In this document: piece after piece, positions 62,713-64,000 of the stretch
How positions within the stretch are numbered: the stretch's first letter is position 1
Layout of the letters: every line of letters starts with the position of its first letter
Assembly: GCA_030141605.1 (NCBI GenBank)
Contig: JAQGDQ010000116.1
Span: 538,603-602,602 of the forward strand
Direction of reading: 5' to 3'
DNA from: Tubiluchus corallicola
Taxonomy: Eukaryota; Animalia; Priapulida
Length of the DNA stretch: 64,000 bases
Notes under the pieces: model-generated
Seen by the model: the letters and a program-made list of their open reading frames with translations, nothing else
What the model was told of the DNA's origin: nothing
Database searches by the model: none
Translations under genes and position numbers: made by a program

Positions 62713-64000
62713 GCTAAAGGCTGCATTTATGAGTAGAGGTCTGTAGAGTATAAAATGTAAATTATGTACCACTTGTACACGAATCATTTGTGATGTAACT
62801 GTGGAGTTCAAGTACATTCATGGGGGAATATGCATCCTCTAGTTTTCTATCATACAAGAGAGGATCATTGTCAAGTCTCTCGAAGATTGGTTTAACTACT
62901 TGTACAATTATGCAGGATGTGAAGCAATTTGATTTTCAAAGAAGATAATTTGTATTAAGAATTTAATCCATATGCTGTGAATCCAGTTAGACTCACGAAT
63001 ATAATGGTACCTTATACTGGTCATGGGCATAAGATATTTTTTGTATTAAAGCATTTCACATAATGTATTTTATTATCATGTTTAACAAGCTAAAGCTCAG
63101 CTGTCTTTAAGATTCTTTTCGGCAAAATTAAAAAGTGCAATGACATTGAACTGCCAATCTGTCATGCCTAAAACGCTGATGTTTGTAAACAAGATTGTGG
63201 TTAGTAGTTACTGTACGGTAGAGTCATATATAGTGGATATTGTCGAGTATGTTAGCGGTTATGGAAATGCAACGGTTAACAGTTACTGAATTAGTCATTT
63301 AATTCAGAAGTGGCTTAAAATGTAATATTATTGAAAAAAAAGTGGAATGCCTATATCAAACTCTAATGACCTAAAACCAAAAGCAATGCTGTGCCTTTAC
63401 AAATTGACAGTTCTAGCGATTCGATGAGTTTCTAATTTGCCAAATCTAGCCATTCACGACCTTTCATTTTAGAAGCCAGTCGAACGGATCAAATGTAGAA
63501 GTAAAAAATTTGCTGGCTGAATTGGGTGTAATCAAATATTGTTTTACTTATAAGTCATATTGAAAAAAGACGTACATGATTTTGGAGCCTTGGATTTTTA
63601 CCTTCTTGTCTTAATCAATGTCTTCTTGTCTGTAACTATTGCCAGCATGCAATAAACATATTGTAAAGTTAACAAGATCCTGACAGCTAGGCAAATGTAA
63701 TACAAGTTTAAAAGCCAGAACATTGAATGTAGCTGTGTAATACACAGCTGGTTTTTGTTACTTCTCAAACCTTACCCTGGACATTCCTAGACATAGAAAA
63801 GCTGATTATAAATTCAAATCTTTCCCTGGGAATTCCTATGTTTTTGTAGTCTATCAGAAAATTGTTCCGTGAAGAACAATCTCACTCAATTCAAAAGCAT
63901 TGACAGGTACTAGCAAATTATATGCAGTTACATGAATTCTATTTCTCTGTAAATATTCTATGCTTCACCTCTTTACTGTAACCCCTTACCATGAGTGGCC

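Overview
AT-rich, intron-containing animal genomic DNA, probably an invertebrate; the Fos [15 protein letters not shown] motifs suggest a protostome, but this is inference. Manual splicing gives five protein-coding loci, several missing from the ORF track: (1) the first coding exon of a mitochondrial carrier (SLC25A29/45/48-like) on the minus strand, continuing off the left edge; (2) a complete 19-exon striatin/Cka gene, 11205-25628 (+), ~789 aa; (3) a 6-exon Fos gene, 31748-41298 (+), ~316 aa; (4) a divergent ATF3/JDP2-type bZIP gene with 3 coding exons, 52917-54819 (+), ~351 aa; (5) a 3-exon gene for a 100-aa helical protein I cannot assign to a family, 60294-62712 (+). Introns and spacers hold decayed mobile elements: RTE and CR1-type LINE remnants, a 2.5-kb hAT element with TIRs and TSD inside Fos that carries a nested telomere-repeat insert, a Tc1/mariner fragment, a THAP-like remnant, MITEs, a solo LTR and a tRNA-derived sequence. 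The main highlights are the tandem striatin(Cka)-Fos-ATF3-like cluster, a TGCATG-flanked symmetric striatin exon, a triplicated kappaB/IRF-like motif inside the ATF3-like locus, and the unassigned small-protein gene. All gene models come from reading the sequence by eye; no database search was run.
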